Of a stretch of 64,000 bases of DNA, positions 43,230-60,329 are shown piece by piece. The first letter of the stretch is position 1. Every line of letters begins with the position of its first letter. The notes under the pieces were generated by a model. It did no database searches, was not told the DNA's origin, and was given only the letters and a program-made list of their open reading frames with translations. Location of the stretch: assembly GCF_009914755.1 (NCBI RefSeq), contig NC_060925.1; one strand, 5' to 3'. A program made the translations under genes and the position numbers. This DNA is from the human T2T-CHM13v2.0 reference genome, Homo sapiens.

Positions 43230-43400
43230 GGTTGCCAATCATCTGCTTCAGGAGCATCTGGAAGGAGGGTGTTAGAAATGGGAGGTGTGCCCCATTCCAG
43301 ACCCCTGAAACAGAATCTCTGGAGGTAGGGTCCAGGAAACTTATATTTTTAATATTCTCAGGGGATCCTTATGCACGCTTGTGTGTAAAAAGCACTACCT
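43230..43400. mobile_element. MER5A fragment
   Basis: ccagacccctgaaacagaatctctggaggtagggtccaggaa. Confidence 0.65.
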
Positions 43401-43409
43401 GGGGCTCTG

Positions 43410-43710
43410 ATATTGAATGAAAGTGTGGGATTTGGAGTTAGGCTCTGCTGCTTACTGATTACGTAATTGGCCCAGACATTTAATATTGCTGAGCTTCCCC
43501 GGAGGTCGAGGCTACAGTGAGCCATGATTGTACCACTGCACTCAGCCTGGGTGACAGAGAGAGACCTTGTCTCAAAAAAATAAAAAAATATTGCTGAGCT
43601 TCTGCATCTTAATTTGTAAAGTGGAAAAAACACTTTTCGGGGCTGGTGTGAAAATTAAATGAAATAATAAAAGTGAAAATGTTTAAAAAGCTGTAAGCTA
43701 TGACACAAAT
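43410..43710 (+). mobile_element. MIR carrying a 5'-truncated Alu (43498-43588)
   Basis: 16-bp TSD aatattgctgagcttc flanks the Alu 3' fragment. Confidence 0.8.
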
Positions 43711-44058
43711 AATTATTTACAGAAAGCCAGCTAGGCAGAGAGGGAGAGAGAAAAAGAGAGAGGGAGGGGCAGGGATGGAGATCTGCTGCCTGGGTGTGGA
43801 CAGGGAGGTGGGGAAGTAGGTAAATAATAGAAAACTAATTGGAGAGAACGTGCGCATACCTGGGCTGCTGGTGGGGAGATAGCCGAGGTTTGCTGTCATG
43901 GTGCTATTAATTATAAGGCGTTAAGTTTATTTCTAGAATGTGAAAACAGGAGGCCTTAAGAGGTTTCTTTTTTTCTTCTTTTAAAAATGTGCTATCAGTC
44001 ATGGTACTTTTAGAGCAGCAGGAATTATTTACCTCATCTAGTGGAGAAAACACTCTTA

Positions 44059-44526
<468 letters not shown>

Positions 44527-46212
44527 TCAAAATGCCAAATATATCTTGCTGGCTCCCCCCACACGCCCCGGCATTAAGTTTTCAGCTATTAGTAAGAAAT
44601 CTCAAAAGAGGCTTCTAAGCATTTATCACCAAACTTAGGAAATGTACTGAAGTATAGGTGAGTATTGCATGACTTTAAATACAGCTTTTAAACATGTCAA
44701 GATGTGTTTCCATGCTCTGAATGCCTAGTTTTAAACTGTCTTGCTGGCTGGTAACCATTCCTGGTTACTAACTCAAGGTATGATCCGCACTTAGGCAAAG
44801 CTCACTGTTAATGAGAATAGAGGTAAGTCTATTTTCCAACTAGTCTTGATAATGTTTAAGTTTTCTTAGTTCTTCTTTATCAAATCCGATTAGCCTGTCT
44901 TTGTTCTTACACAACATGATGAAGAGCTCATCCTGGTGGAATTGTCGGCCCCACTGTTCTCGGAAAACCCCCCTGTGCTTAGGTGTTGGGATATCTTCAA
45001 TTCGAGGTTACTTTTTAGGAACTTTTTAAGCCTCTTATCAGTTTTTGAGGACTGGTGTCATTAAAACCAAATAACATCTGCAAATCCTTCACTCAGTTGG
45101 CCACCTGTACGGTTAGTGATTGCACGGAAATAAGCAAGGTGGAATGAGTACACGAGCGAAGGCTCCCCGAGCTTCCTTCAGGACAGCCGCCTGCCTTCCT
45201 GATACGTGCATTCCTGGTACATGCATTTCTGCTGTATGGACCCCAGGAAGATGTCAATGAGATTTAACTCTAACACAGAACATAAATATAAATTAAAACA
45301 AATCCTGGTTTTCTTCCTGCACCCTGAGGAGTTATCTTGCGTTCCCTGCAGGGGCACCTCACTGTGAGATGGCTACGTTAGAGAATCTTCTCAGGAAGGG
45401 CTCTTTTGGAAAAACAATGTAAAGTGTAAAATACTCTAAAAATTACTAGAGTGGCTCCCAAGCAATAAAGAGAAATTGGAAAATGCCAGTAAACAAAAAA
45501 GAAGAGGAAAACCCCTTAATTCCACAGAAGTTAACCACCATTACTAATGCTTTGCTTCATCTCTTCTGAAAGCTTTTTCCAAGGATGTGTCTCTCTATAG
45601 AACTTCTTTAGAATAATATCACTGTGGAACCTATCAGTTAGGGTCCTTGACCATAAGGACAGAAAGCAGGACTCACTGGAAGGCACCTGGGCTGAGGAAA
45701 GAGTGCTCACAGAGCCTACTGGAGACTGGGGCACCAGGCTCAGGCCAACAGGAGCCAAGGGGGCATCTGAGGGCAAGGAAGCATGGTGCAAGAGGATAGC
45801 AAACATCACACAACCGGAACAGCCCGTGCAGGGCCGCTGCTGCAGGGGATGGCTTTGCACTGGCTCAGGTTCAAGGCCTGCAAGACACAGCCCACTGAGC
45901 TGAGCTCCGTCTGGCCTGGGCAGGCAAGGAAGGACCTTGCTTCTAGGCAGCCATGTGGAAGGCAGGAATCCTCCAACCACCAGCTACACCCCGCTGGAGG
46001 GAGAAAATACTCTGGTGAGAAATCAGGGTACTATTGGGGAAGAGAAATAAATAAATAATAAACACGACAATACTACAGGATCAGACCATATATGCTATTA
46101 TGTAATCTGCTATTTTAAATGAATACATAAGGAACAATCTTTCCATGATAGTGTGTACTCACCTAAAACATAACTTTGAGTGACTGGATAGTATCTTATT
46201 GTTTGGAGATAC

Positions 46213-46372
<160 letters not shown>

Positions 46373-47859
46373 TATTTAATTAGTTCCTCATACTTCATAA
46401 TTTAAATAATTTTCAGTTTTCACTATTATAATAAATTGTGACCAATATCCTAGTAGTTAAATCTTAATTTAATTGTTCACTTAGAATACATTCCGAAAAG
46501 CAGAACTGTTGGGTCACCTTTAAAGTGATGGGGACCTATTTTTAAGTCTTTTGCTAATGTGTTTTCAATCTGTCCTGCAGAAAGATTGTTCCCACATTCT
46601 AAACCCTCCTCAGCATATTTTTGCTTTTTATTTTGCAATTAGATAGGGAAAAATAGTATCTCATTGATCTTTTAAAAATTTGCATTCCATTGATAAGTGG
46701 AGCTTTCTAAAGGCCCACAGCAATGTACTGAAAGATTCAATTGGATTAGCTCCAGGAAGCACCAAATTGGAGCCTCACAGATTGTTTTTTCAGATAGAAA
46801 CAACAAACCCCTCGGCTGCTATGAAATGGAGCCCACAAAGCACAACATGACAGACAGAATCTGAATTCCAGAGACACAGTTTCTTTCAGAACAAATATTA
46901 TTTGCAGGAGGCAATTAGAATGAGCCACTATTGCACAGTAGACTTAGCAGGAAATGCACAAATATTCAAGCAACAAAATAGGAACTGGGGAAATAAGCCT
47001 GCAAAAGAAGTGAAGAATGTCCAACACAGGCGGGACGAGGGGCCAACTGGCCTCCCGCGCTCACACCAAAATGCCAGCTTCTTAGGCTGTGACAGTGTTT
47101 CCTAATGCAATTCATTTGCTCATTCAGTCAGCATTCATTGGATTCTCACCATGTGCCAGACACTGTGCTGGGTACCAGAGATGCCAAAATGAGTATGAAA
47201 CATAGCCCTTGTCCTTGAGAGATTTCAGCCTCATGGGAGAGACAGGAAGACCAATAATGACACTGAGCAAGAGTTGTTCAGCAATGTTAGCAAAGTGCAT
47301 TGGGGTCAATGACAGCAGCTGGCTCTGCCTGTGGGACTCACAGAGGACTTCATAGAGGAAGTGGCAGGATGAACTGCAAATGTTTTATGTGTTCACATTG
47401 GCAATTCTGCTGCCAATACTGGGGGGTGAGAATGTTCTAGAATGAGATGGCTTGAGGCTAATGCTGAAGTAGCTTTTTAATAGCATGGCTTAGGGAAAAG
47501 AGTGCTGAATTCCAGCTGTGCCAGGTATAGGATATGTGACCTGGGGAAAGTCACGTGATGTGTCTGTCCTCTGTTGCCCATCTGTAAGTGACAGAAATCA
47601 TAGCTACCTTGTAGGCTTACTCTGAGCATGATGGGCTGTCTGCACACAGGGCTTAGTAAGTGGTATCTGTCATTACAAAGTGTTCAGTAAATATCTGCTG
47701 AATGAATGAATATAAATATTTTCTCTATATAGTAAATATCTTCAATTATATAACGAGGTTGGGTACAGGTATTTATAGGATGTCCGGGAGTAGGGAAGTC
47801 CATTTTCCTAAACTTGTGACCTCAGGGACTTCATGGAAAGGGTGTACATGTCATTTTAA

Positions 47860-49160
<1,301 letters not shown>

Positions 49161-50752
49161 AGGCAAACATAGTATCAGGGCAATCCCAGGTCCTATTCCG
49201 TCCCCCATCCTGTGTCCCCAGGGCCTCCATCACCCAGTTGTTTCTCTTCAGTGTCCTTCGGAGTCCCTGAGGCAAGCTGGACTCACATAGACTAGAAAAT
49301 TCTAGTGTATTTTGTGTGCAACCCAGTGGTAGCGCCGCGTTTTTCAGTTGCTTTGAAATCTACGAATATCCCTTCTCATCACAGTCCGAGTGAACTGTCC
49401 TGATGCTGTGGTTTCTCAGTGTCTCTGAAATTCTTGTGACCTTCAGTCCTGAGGACCATTCTTCTCTGAGTAGGGAGGCCGGGGGTCAAGGCCGGGCCTG
49501 ACTGCCATTGTTCTGACTGCAGAACCGAACGGAGTTCGATCCAGCGGAGCCCGTGTGGCGGCTGTCGAAAGTAAGCCCTTCACAAAAATGGTGTGCCTAA
49601 AGGTAACTGCAGAGGCACTGGGGTTCTTAATTTTAAACTATCAGAAAAGAATGAACGGGCAACATGTGATCCTCAGGTGTGAAATGCAACCATCACACCC
49701 TTGTCCCAGAAACACCGTTTCATTTTTTCTAAATCAAGTGTGACTCCAGTCCCTTACTGGCCAGTCATAATAAGAGGAGGCCTGGGGGTTTATGTGGTGC
49801 CTCTGAAACCTAACAATACGGACCAAGAACATGACAACTGTTGAACACCAAAACTGGCTCCGTCACCTACATCATCGCCTGAGCAGCCCTGTCCCCTCCC
49901 CAGTCCACTGCTCCGGAAACTGGAATGACCCTTGTGAGGAAACCAGTGAGAAGCTTGAGCAGTTCTCTCAAGGGGGGGCTTTTTCAACAGATTGTTGAAG
50001 GGACTATATCGACATGACGTTTGGCAAAAGCCCATAGTGAGACTAGAGGAGAGAAAGCTGAGTGACAGCCAGACCCTAGGACAAGGGAAGTTCTTCCCTC
50101 CAGTTTGCCCGCCAGCCAACAGCACAGCCACCAGCCCTGCCCACCCTTCTGATGCTGGGACGCAGCCCCGCCCTGCCCCGACACCAGGCCACAGGCCACA
50201 GGCCCTGTCAACAGCCTTCCCATTCCTGGCCCAGAGACCCTACCTGCTCTCTCCAGACAGTTCAGCTGTTTGTTCATGCAAAGCCTTTCTGAAAACAAAG
50301 GCCTATTAATTCTGCCCCGTTTGCAAGTGAAGCCCCAGTTCTGTGGGACTCAAAGCACACGCTGATCGCTTGAGGGGGTGGTGAGAAGACGATGTGAGGA
50401 AGGATGACTTATTTTTTTCTCTTTTAACAGCAGAAGGAAAAAACAAAAAATAGTAACTCCATAAATCATCCTGCCAGGCAGAGAGGATTCTCCCATTTTT
50501 AAGCTACAATACACATGTTTTTGTAAAATGTTTTACTATAGAGAGTTAGTAGACAATGGTACAGTGTATCTCCATGTAACATCACCCTCCCCGCCGGCCA
50601 TCAACTCGAGGCCAATCCTGTCCCCATCTCCAGAGGTCACCTCCCTCATAATTTTGAAGCAAATGTAAGGCATTATTTTATTTTATTCATAATTTTTTTC
50701 AGTAGGTATATTTAAAAGATACTTAAAAATAAAGGCTCTTAAAAATTACCTA

Positions 50753-51142
<390 letters not shown>

Positions 51143-51190
51143 TCAGTTTTCCCGTAAATGAATAAATGACCTTAAAAAAATACTATACAG

Positions 51191-51507
51191 AGGCCTGGCA
51201 CAGTGGCTTATGCCTGTAATCTCAGCACTTTGAGAGGCTGAGGCTGGTGGATTGCCTCAGCTCAGGAGTTCGAGACCAGCCTGGGCAACATGGTGAAACC
51301 CTGTCTCTACCAAAAATACAAAAATTAGCCAGGTGTGGTGGTGCACGCCTGTAGTCCCAGCTACTCAGGGGGCTGAGTCAGGAGGATCACCTGATCCTTG
51401 GGAGGTTGAGGCTGCAGTGAACAGTGATCGGTCTACTGCACTCCAGCCTGGGCAATAGAGTGAGACCCTGTCTCAACAAAATAAATAATAATAATAATAA
51501 TAATAAA
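51191..51507 (+). mobile_element. AluJ/S
   Basis: Full dimer with (AAT)n tail. Confidence 0.9.
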
Positions 51508-51553
51508 TCACAGTTTGAATTAGGAGTCAAGATTCAAACTGTGAATCTTGTGA

Positions 51554-51874
<321 letters not shown>

Positions 51875-52999
51875 TAACATGTTTTTAAAGTTTCTTTTAA
51901 TGTGTAGTTTTTACTCCCAATCTTTCTTTTATCCTTGCAGTTTAATTATTGGAGGAACCAACTTGTTTGTCCTGTAGAATTTCCCACATCCTGGTTTTGC
52001 TGGTTGCATCATCATGGTATATATAATTAATGTATTTGTCTGTCTTCTCTACTTGATAAATTGGCAATTGGATCTAGAGCAAATTCAGGTTTGATTTGGC
52101 GGGACCAGATTACTTTACAGGTGTTGTATCCTTCTATCAGGAAGTACATGATATCTGATTGTCTCTCTATGACGTCAGTACTATTGTTGATGAACACTAG
52201 GTCTATATTAATACATTATGGACTGCAAAATGGTGATAATCTAATTCTATCATTCTTCATTTACTAGTATTTCCTTGATTTATAAGTATTTTCCTTTATC
52301 AGTTTTCAATATTTTCAAGGTTTCTCAATATTCCTTAACAGCAACCAAGTAGTTTTTAAAATTATTTTTTAAAATTGATACATAATAGATGTACATGCTT
52401 TCAGGGTACATGTGATAATTTAATATATTTATATCAAGTATTTTTTGCTTTTTAGTATTATAATAAAGTCATGAATATTTGGTATATTTCAATCCATTGT
52501 CGTCATTATTCTTATTGATGTTCACAGTATCCCATTTTTGAACAGTGGGAGCTGCTTCAGGTTGGATTCTAAAAGCTTCCTGGATATATGGCATAAGACG
52601 ATTTAGGTTCATCTTGTACCTATTGGTTTCCAATGACGTTATCAATCTTTTGTGACACGAGATCAGGGCCAACAGTGGGTTTTTGCTAATGATGTGTTAT
52701 TAGGCAATAAGTAGAGGAAGAGTTTGGTTTGTGTTAGAGATTTACAGATCATTTTACTTGCTTTTGCACCGTGCTTCTACACAATAGTGCACAGACACAC
52801 AACTCACTGGTTAAATGGAGACCACAGAAATCTCTGGGACACTTTATGAGCAGCCTAATATCTCCTGATTCTACAAGCTAGATTGGAGAATGCGTCTGGA
52901 GCCTGAGGCCAAACTGTGGTCCTACTAGTTCTCAAATCAAGACAGGATTCACCTGTGGGGAAAACGATGTGTACAGAACCTCTGAATCCATTGTAATAA

Positions 53000-53428
<429 letters not shown>

Positions 53429-53541
53429 TAGGAGGCAGGTCCAATACAGACTTTCGAAAAGTGATAAAATGTGGTAAAAGCAAAGCTTCACACATCCAAT
53501 CAGATGTCTTCCTCATAAGGGAAAGAACAAGTAACCAGCTG

Positions 53542-55136
53542 GAGAGGCCCAGCATTGTTTATTTCAGTCCTCCACCCTGTGAGGCTGACGAGGATCAGAG
53601 GTGGTCCTCTATGGTCAGGAGGGGGGACCAGAGAGGCCAAGCATTGTTTATTTCAGTCCTCCACCCTGTGAGGCTGACGAGGATGAGAGGTGGTCCTCTG
53701 TGGTCAGGAGGGGGGACCAGAGAGGCCAAGCATTGTTTATTTCAGTCCTCCACCCTGTGAGGCTGAGGAGGATGAGAGGTGGTCCTCTATGGTCAGGAGG
53801 GGGGACCAGAGAGGCCAAGCATTGTTTATTTCAGTCCTCCACCCTGTGAGGCTGACGAGGATGAGAGGTGGTCCTCTATGGTCAGGAGGGAGACCAGAGA
53901 GGCCAAGCATTGTTTATTTCAGTCCTCCACCCTGTGAGGCTGACGAGGATCAGAGGTGGTCCTCTATGGTCAGGAGGGAGACCAGAGAGGCCAAGCATTG
54001 TTTATTTCAGTCCTCCACCCTGTGAGGCTGAGGAGGATCAGAGGTGGTCCTCTATGGTCAGGAGGGGGGACCAGAGAGGCCAAGCATTGTTTATTTCAGT
54101 CCTCCACCCTGTGAGGCTGAGGAGGATCAGAGGTGGTCCTCTATGGTCAGGAGGGAGACCAGAGAGGCCAAGCATTGTTTATTTCAGTCCTCCACCCTGT
54201 GAGGCTGAGGAGGATCAGAGGTGGTCCTCTATGGTCAGGAGGGGGGACCAGAGAGGCCAAGCATTGTTTATTTCAGTCCTCCACCCTGTGAGGCTGACGA
54301 GGATCAGAGGTGGTCCTCTGTGGTCAGGAGGGGGGACCAGAGAGGCCAAGCATTGTTTATTTCAGTCCTCCACCCTGTGAGGCTGAGGAGGATGAGAGGT
54401 GGTCCTCTGTGGTCAGGAGGGGGGACCAGAGAGGCCAAGCATTGTTTATTTCAGTCCTCCACCCTGTGAGGCTGACGAGGATGAGAGGTGGTCCTCTATG
54501 GTCAGGAGGGGGGACCAGAGAGGCCAAGCATTGTTTATTTCAGTCCTCCACCCTGTGAGGCTGAGGAGGATGAGAGGTGGTCCTCTATGGTCAGGAGGGG
54601 GGACCAGAGAGGCCAAGCATTGTTTATTTCAGTCCTCCACCCTGTGAGGCTGACGAGGATGAGAGGTGGTCCTCTATGGTCAGGAGGGAGACCAGAGAGG
54701 CCAAGCATTGTTTATTTCAGTCCTCCACCCTGTGAGGCTGACGAGGATCAGAGGTGGTCCTCTATGGTCAGGAGGGAGACCAGAGAGGCCAAGCATTGTT
54801 TATTTCAGTCCTCCACCCTGTGAGGCTGAGGAGGATCAGAGGTGGTCCTCTATGGTCAGGAGGGGGGACCAGAGAGGCCAAGCATTGTTTATTTCAGTCC
54901 TCCACCCTGTGAGGCTGAGGAGGATCAGAGGTGGTCCTCTATGGTCAGGAGGGAGACCAGAGAGGCCAAGCATTGTTTATTTCAGTCCTCCACCCTGTGA
55001 GGCTGAGGAGGATCAGAGGTGGTCCTCTATGGTCAGGAGGGGGGACCAGAGAGGCCAAGCATTGTTTATTTCAGTCCTCCACCCTGTGAGGCTGACGAGG
55101 ATCAGAGGTGGTCCTCTGTGGTCAGGAGAGGGGACC
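53542..55136. repeat. Minisatellite/VNTR, 18 copies of an 88/89-bp unit
   Basis: Unit gagaggccaagcattgtttatttcagtcctccaccctgtgaggctga(c/g)gaggat(c/g)agaggtggtcctct(a/g)tggtcaggaggg(ggg/ag)acca, counted directly. Confidence 0.97.
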
Positions 55137-55609
55137 GGAGGAGGGTGGTCTGGGAAGCACTGCTTGACTCAGAGCTTCCTAGTACCAAGCACTGGATCCA
55201 CTAAAGAAAAGGTGGGGAGAGGAAGAGTGGCTGCTTGTGGAGTGGGCTATGGCTGGAAACTGGTGAGAAGGTGATGACAAAAGAAGGCCCATTCTCGGTC
55301 TAAAATCTGTAAACAAGATCCTAAGAAGGGAGAGTGGGCTTAGGGATAAGACAGAGTAAAAAGAGGCGGGGAAGTTGCAGACGGAATACGCCGAGCCAGC
55401 GACAATGACTGGGTGGTTCAAACTTTCTTTCCTGGGACAGTGGAAATAAGAAGAGGTGCTCACTTTGATGGGGATGTGGGGATATAGGAGAAGAGCCTGT
55501 GGATGGAGCACAACCAAACTGAGGTTATTGTGCAGCTGGTTTTGCAAGACACTGATCACCAGCATAGGTGATTAAAAAAGGACTTTCTATTAAGAAATGT
55601 TAACCCTTA

Positions 55610-55935
<326 letters not shown>

Positions 55936-55939
55936 AATA

Positions 55940-57150
55940 GGCTAAATGGACCCCCGTGTATTTATTAGGCATTGCCATTAACATATGGCCAATCTTGCTT
56001 CACCTATTCTCCCTCAACAGTTTCCCTCACCTCCATCCTCACCCCTGCTCGTTATTTCAAAACAAATTCTAGACATCACATCATTTCACCTATAAATGCT
56101 TTGATGTTATCTTTACCAGAAAAGGTAGAGATAAGGACCTCCTTCCCCTTTTCCCCACACAACCATTAAACCATGATCATATCTTAAAAAGCTAACAATA
56201 ATTCTGTAATGTCCGATATGCAATACTTTCAAATTTCCGCTCTTGTCTCATAAATATGCTTTTACCATTGGTTTATTCCAATCAGGATCCAAACAAGGTC
56301 CTCGTGTTGCATTTGGTTGATGCGTATCTAAATCTTTAACTTTCCCTCCCCTTTTGTTCTTGTCTTTCATTTGTTGAAGAGCCTGGTCTTTGGTCCTGTA
56401 GAATTGTCCGCACGTTGGACTTGTCCGATTGCATTTCTGTGGTTGTGTTTAACACGTCCCTCTATTCCCTGTATTTCCCGTAGACCAATTTTTATATCTA
56501 GAGGCTCGATCAACGTCAAGTTCAGTTTTGTTTTTGTTTTTTCTTTCCTTGCAAATCAACTTCATTGGAAGTGGTGAATTTTTATTGCCTTCCTTCAGGA
56601 GGTAACATAATGTCTGGATTGTCTCTTTTTGTCACTCCTCATACTCAGTAGCTGTCAGCCTGATCTAGGCTGTATGAAGCTCTCCATCAACCTGTCACCT
56701 AATGGTTGCCATTAACATTATTTTAGTAGGAGTTGCAAAATGGTGATTTTTTTTTAAAAAGATTCTATCATTCCTTCTTCATTTATGCAGTGGAATTCCT
56801 CTATTAAAGATAATTTTCTGAAGACCAGCCTGGGCAACATGGAGAAAGCCCATCTCTACTAAAAATAGAAAAATTAGCCAGGCATGGTGGTGTGTGCCTG
56901 TAGTCCCAGCTACTCAGGGGGCTCAGGGCTCAGGGAGTATAACCTGAGCCCAGGACATGGCGGTTGCAGTGAGCCATGATCACACCATTGCGCTTCAGCC
57001 TGGGCCACAGAGCAAGACCCCATCTCAAAAAAAAAAAAAAAAACAAAAAACAAAAACAAAAACCCAAGATAATATTCTGCCATCAACTATTCGGCTTCTT
57101 TGAAATACTGTTTGTTCAGAAAAGGCACAGCAGTTTGCTTCTTTTCTTTA
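55940..57150 (-). mobile_element. Old L1 (L1MC/ME-like) with a partial Alu (56822-57063, + strand)
   Basis: ttatttcaaaacaaattctagacatca; aatcaggatccaaacaaggtc...ttgcatttggttga. Confidence 0.65.
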
Positions 57151-57199
57151 ATTTTTCAAGCAAAATATTTCTTGATTTCTCTTGAAAACATGCATTTTT

Positions 57200-57480
57200 G
57201 GCTGGATGCTGTGGCTCACGCCCATAATCCCAACACTTTGGGAGGCCAAGGCAGGAAGTTCACCTGAGGCCAGGAGTTTGAGAGACGCCTGGGCAACAAA
57301 GTGAGACCCCATCTCTACAAAAATTTTTAAAAAATTAGCTGGGTATGGTGGCACATGCCTGTAGTCCCAGCTACTGAGGAGGCCGAGGCAGGAGGATCAC
57401 TTGAGCCCAGGAGTTCGAGGCTGCAGTATTGCACTCCAGCCTGGACAACAGAGCAAGACCCTGTCTCTGGAAAACAAACA
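57200..57480 (+). mobile_element. AluJ
   Basis: Dimer with J-type right arm. Confidence 0.88.
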
Positions 57481-58148
57481 GAAATATGCATTTTACTTTC
57501 GTAAGTGTGTGTGTGTCATAGGTGGGCCTTAAAATTGCCTGTATCCCTTATGAGACGTATAAGCCTCCCTTTGGCTTGTGTGCTAGCCAAACCACACTTG
57601 GTAACATTCTTCTTCCCTTATTAGTTTCTGGTGATTTACAGTGTTTGCATTAGCAGTTACACTGCTCTTTCTGTCACAGTGAATCTCTCTGGGAGGAAGT
57701 GAAGTGTTTGGACTTGATTTAATGAAGCTATCACAGACTGATAAAACAGGTTTCAAATATCATAGGGTTATAAGGAAAAAGATGATTTAGAATAATTATT
57801 TAGATAAATGATAACAGTACACCATGAATTCCATAATAATTCTGAATATAACTCTTCCCTATGTTAAATAATTAACATTTACAACCATTTAAATATATTT
57901 CAATATTTAATATATTTAAATTGTATATTTAAAATAATGTATATTTAAAAATAAGAAAAATGTTCACACAACTCAAACTTGCACCTTGTTATATCTATGT
58001 TTCTTCCATTTTAAATTTTGTCATTCATCGATATGAACTGGTTACCAATAAATTTGGATTTGTAAGCTAGGTAGAAAGTTGGGGAAATTTCTGCAGGAAT
58101 AACCAGGATTAACCAGATAATTTCAAGATTTTCTTGATCTAGGAATTA

Positions 58149-58484
<336 letters not shown>

Positions 58485-59129
58485 TCATATGACATGGGAA
58501 CTAGAACTATTTCCAAACAGTTGTAATCCGATTCCAAAGAAACGCTGCACTTCTGGTTTCCTGATGATGTCACCCACATAAATGGCTACGTCAAGGAGTC
58601 GGTCCTGAGAGCAGCGAGGCAGGAGCGAGGTCGAGTGGGCAGGCGTGAGAGCCGAGCACAGGGGCAGAAAGGAAGACTCTGCACCCAGAAAGCGGAAAGG
58701 AGGCAAGTGGGGGACGGGGGTGGGGTCACTGGCCCAGGCACTATGGGACTGCACATCGCACACAACACTAACTTCCCTTAATAAACACTAAGTTAATCTT
58801 TACAACTCTTCAGCAAGGCCGTGCACCCCTGGTCCTTCTGTTCTGATCGGAGGACCTCGCCTCTTATTCAGCAGAGAGCGTAGAACCTTTGGCCTCTAAC
58901 ACCGCCAAATCTCCCTTTCACAGACCAACTGGCATCTAAGAGCTCTAGGGGCAGAAGTGCCGCTGTGGGGCACTGATGGGGCAGGGACTGTGGCGCAGGT
59001 CACCTCCTGCCTTTGCTGTCTGACGCAGCCTCCCAGGGCTGCTTGCATTTGGCAGGGGCTCCTCCTCCACGCTGCCCTCTCCTGGTTCTCAGTCCTGCTC
59101 GGTTTCCAGGCAATCACAGCCCCCTGTGC

Positions 59130-60310
59130 ACCACTCCAGGCACCGGGCTCCTAAAGCAGCCCCTTTTTCAGAGCTACCCTTTAGTTGGTGACACTCTCCA
59201 CTACCAACCCCAGCCCAGCCCAGATTCCCTCCAAGCACAGTTGTGCTGGGCACAGTAGTCATCATCTCTAAGCTTACCTGTGATTTCATCCATCCTCACC
59301 TCGTCACCGCTCTCAGAAGCTCCGCGTCCTCCTGGAGGCTAACTCCTCCTCTGCTGTTGTTCCCACTCCGGGCTACCTCCTCACTGCCCTTCCTCCACCA
59401 GAGATTCCCTCCATGCTCTCCCCTTGACTTTGTCACCATCCCTGTGCTTATCGCTTTCAGACCACAGTCTTAGTCAAGTCCACCCCGTCTTTTCAAAGAA
59501 CACCTTCCTTTCCTTTAGACATCTCTCCCCGTCACCCACCCGTCACCCAGTCTCTCTTTCCCTCCCTCCACCGCCAAGCATTCTGAAGAAATGTTCCCCT
59601 CACCCTGAGCTTGCTGCCCCTCCCTTCCATTTCCCAGCCTCCTGCAGTCTCACTCTGTCTCCAGTACTTACTGAGACTGCTGAGGTCCTCAGCGACATGC
59701 CCATTGCCAATCCCAGCAGCCTGTGTCCAGTTCTTCACGTTTTTTGAATTCACTGCAACATTGAATGCTTGCCAGTGATGCCTCCTTGCTGAAATTCTTC
59801 CTTGGATGAAAAGACACATTGTTTCCGGGTTATCCCTTTTCTCTTTGACTATTGCTTCTATGTCTTACTGAGGCCTCTTTCTATTTCCACCCTTAACCAT
59901 TAGTGTTCCCAGGATTCTAGCCTCAGCTCAACTTCTTTCATCTCTCCCAGTAGCCTCATTCATCCCCGTGACCCCAGCTACACTTGCAAGGACTCCCAGA
60001 TCCAAACCTTTGATCCAGCCTTTCACTGAGACATTCTCCAGCTGAATGTTGTGCTGGTCTCTCATATGCAGCAGAGTCTATTCCTCCTCCTCTCAGCTCT
60101 CTTTTCTGTCCAACCTAGACCACAGGCATCAGTCTCTAGGACTTGCCTCAGCGTCTCTGGGGTCCCTCCTTCCACTCTACTCCTATAATACGAGATGATT
60201 CCAGCCCTCATCCCCTCCTTCCTTGACAGTTGCCATAGCCTCCTAACTCTGCCTCTAGGCTCAGCCCCATCCGATCCATTATTCCTCTGCTTTTAGAAGT
60301 ATTTTTCTAA
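59130..60310 (+). mobile_element. L2 fragment (old)
   Basis: Pyrimidine-rich degenerate L2 text. Confidence 0.55.
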
Positions 60311-60329
60311 ATAGATATGGCCATGGCTT

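Noticed and set aside
49321-49340. CTCF-like motif cccagtggtagcgcc
   Set aside because: Too many core mismatches to CCASYAGRKGGCRS.
53542-55136. CRISPR-like array
   Set aside because: Units are near-identical end to end with no unique spacers or cas genes, and the DNA is primate.
53461-55274. Overlapping repetitive ORFs up to 202 aa
   Set aside because: They result from the 88/89-bp VNTR cycling through frames. They mostly use GTG starts and have no gene context or recognisable domain.
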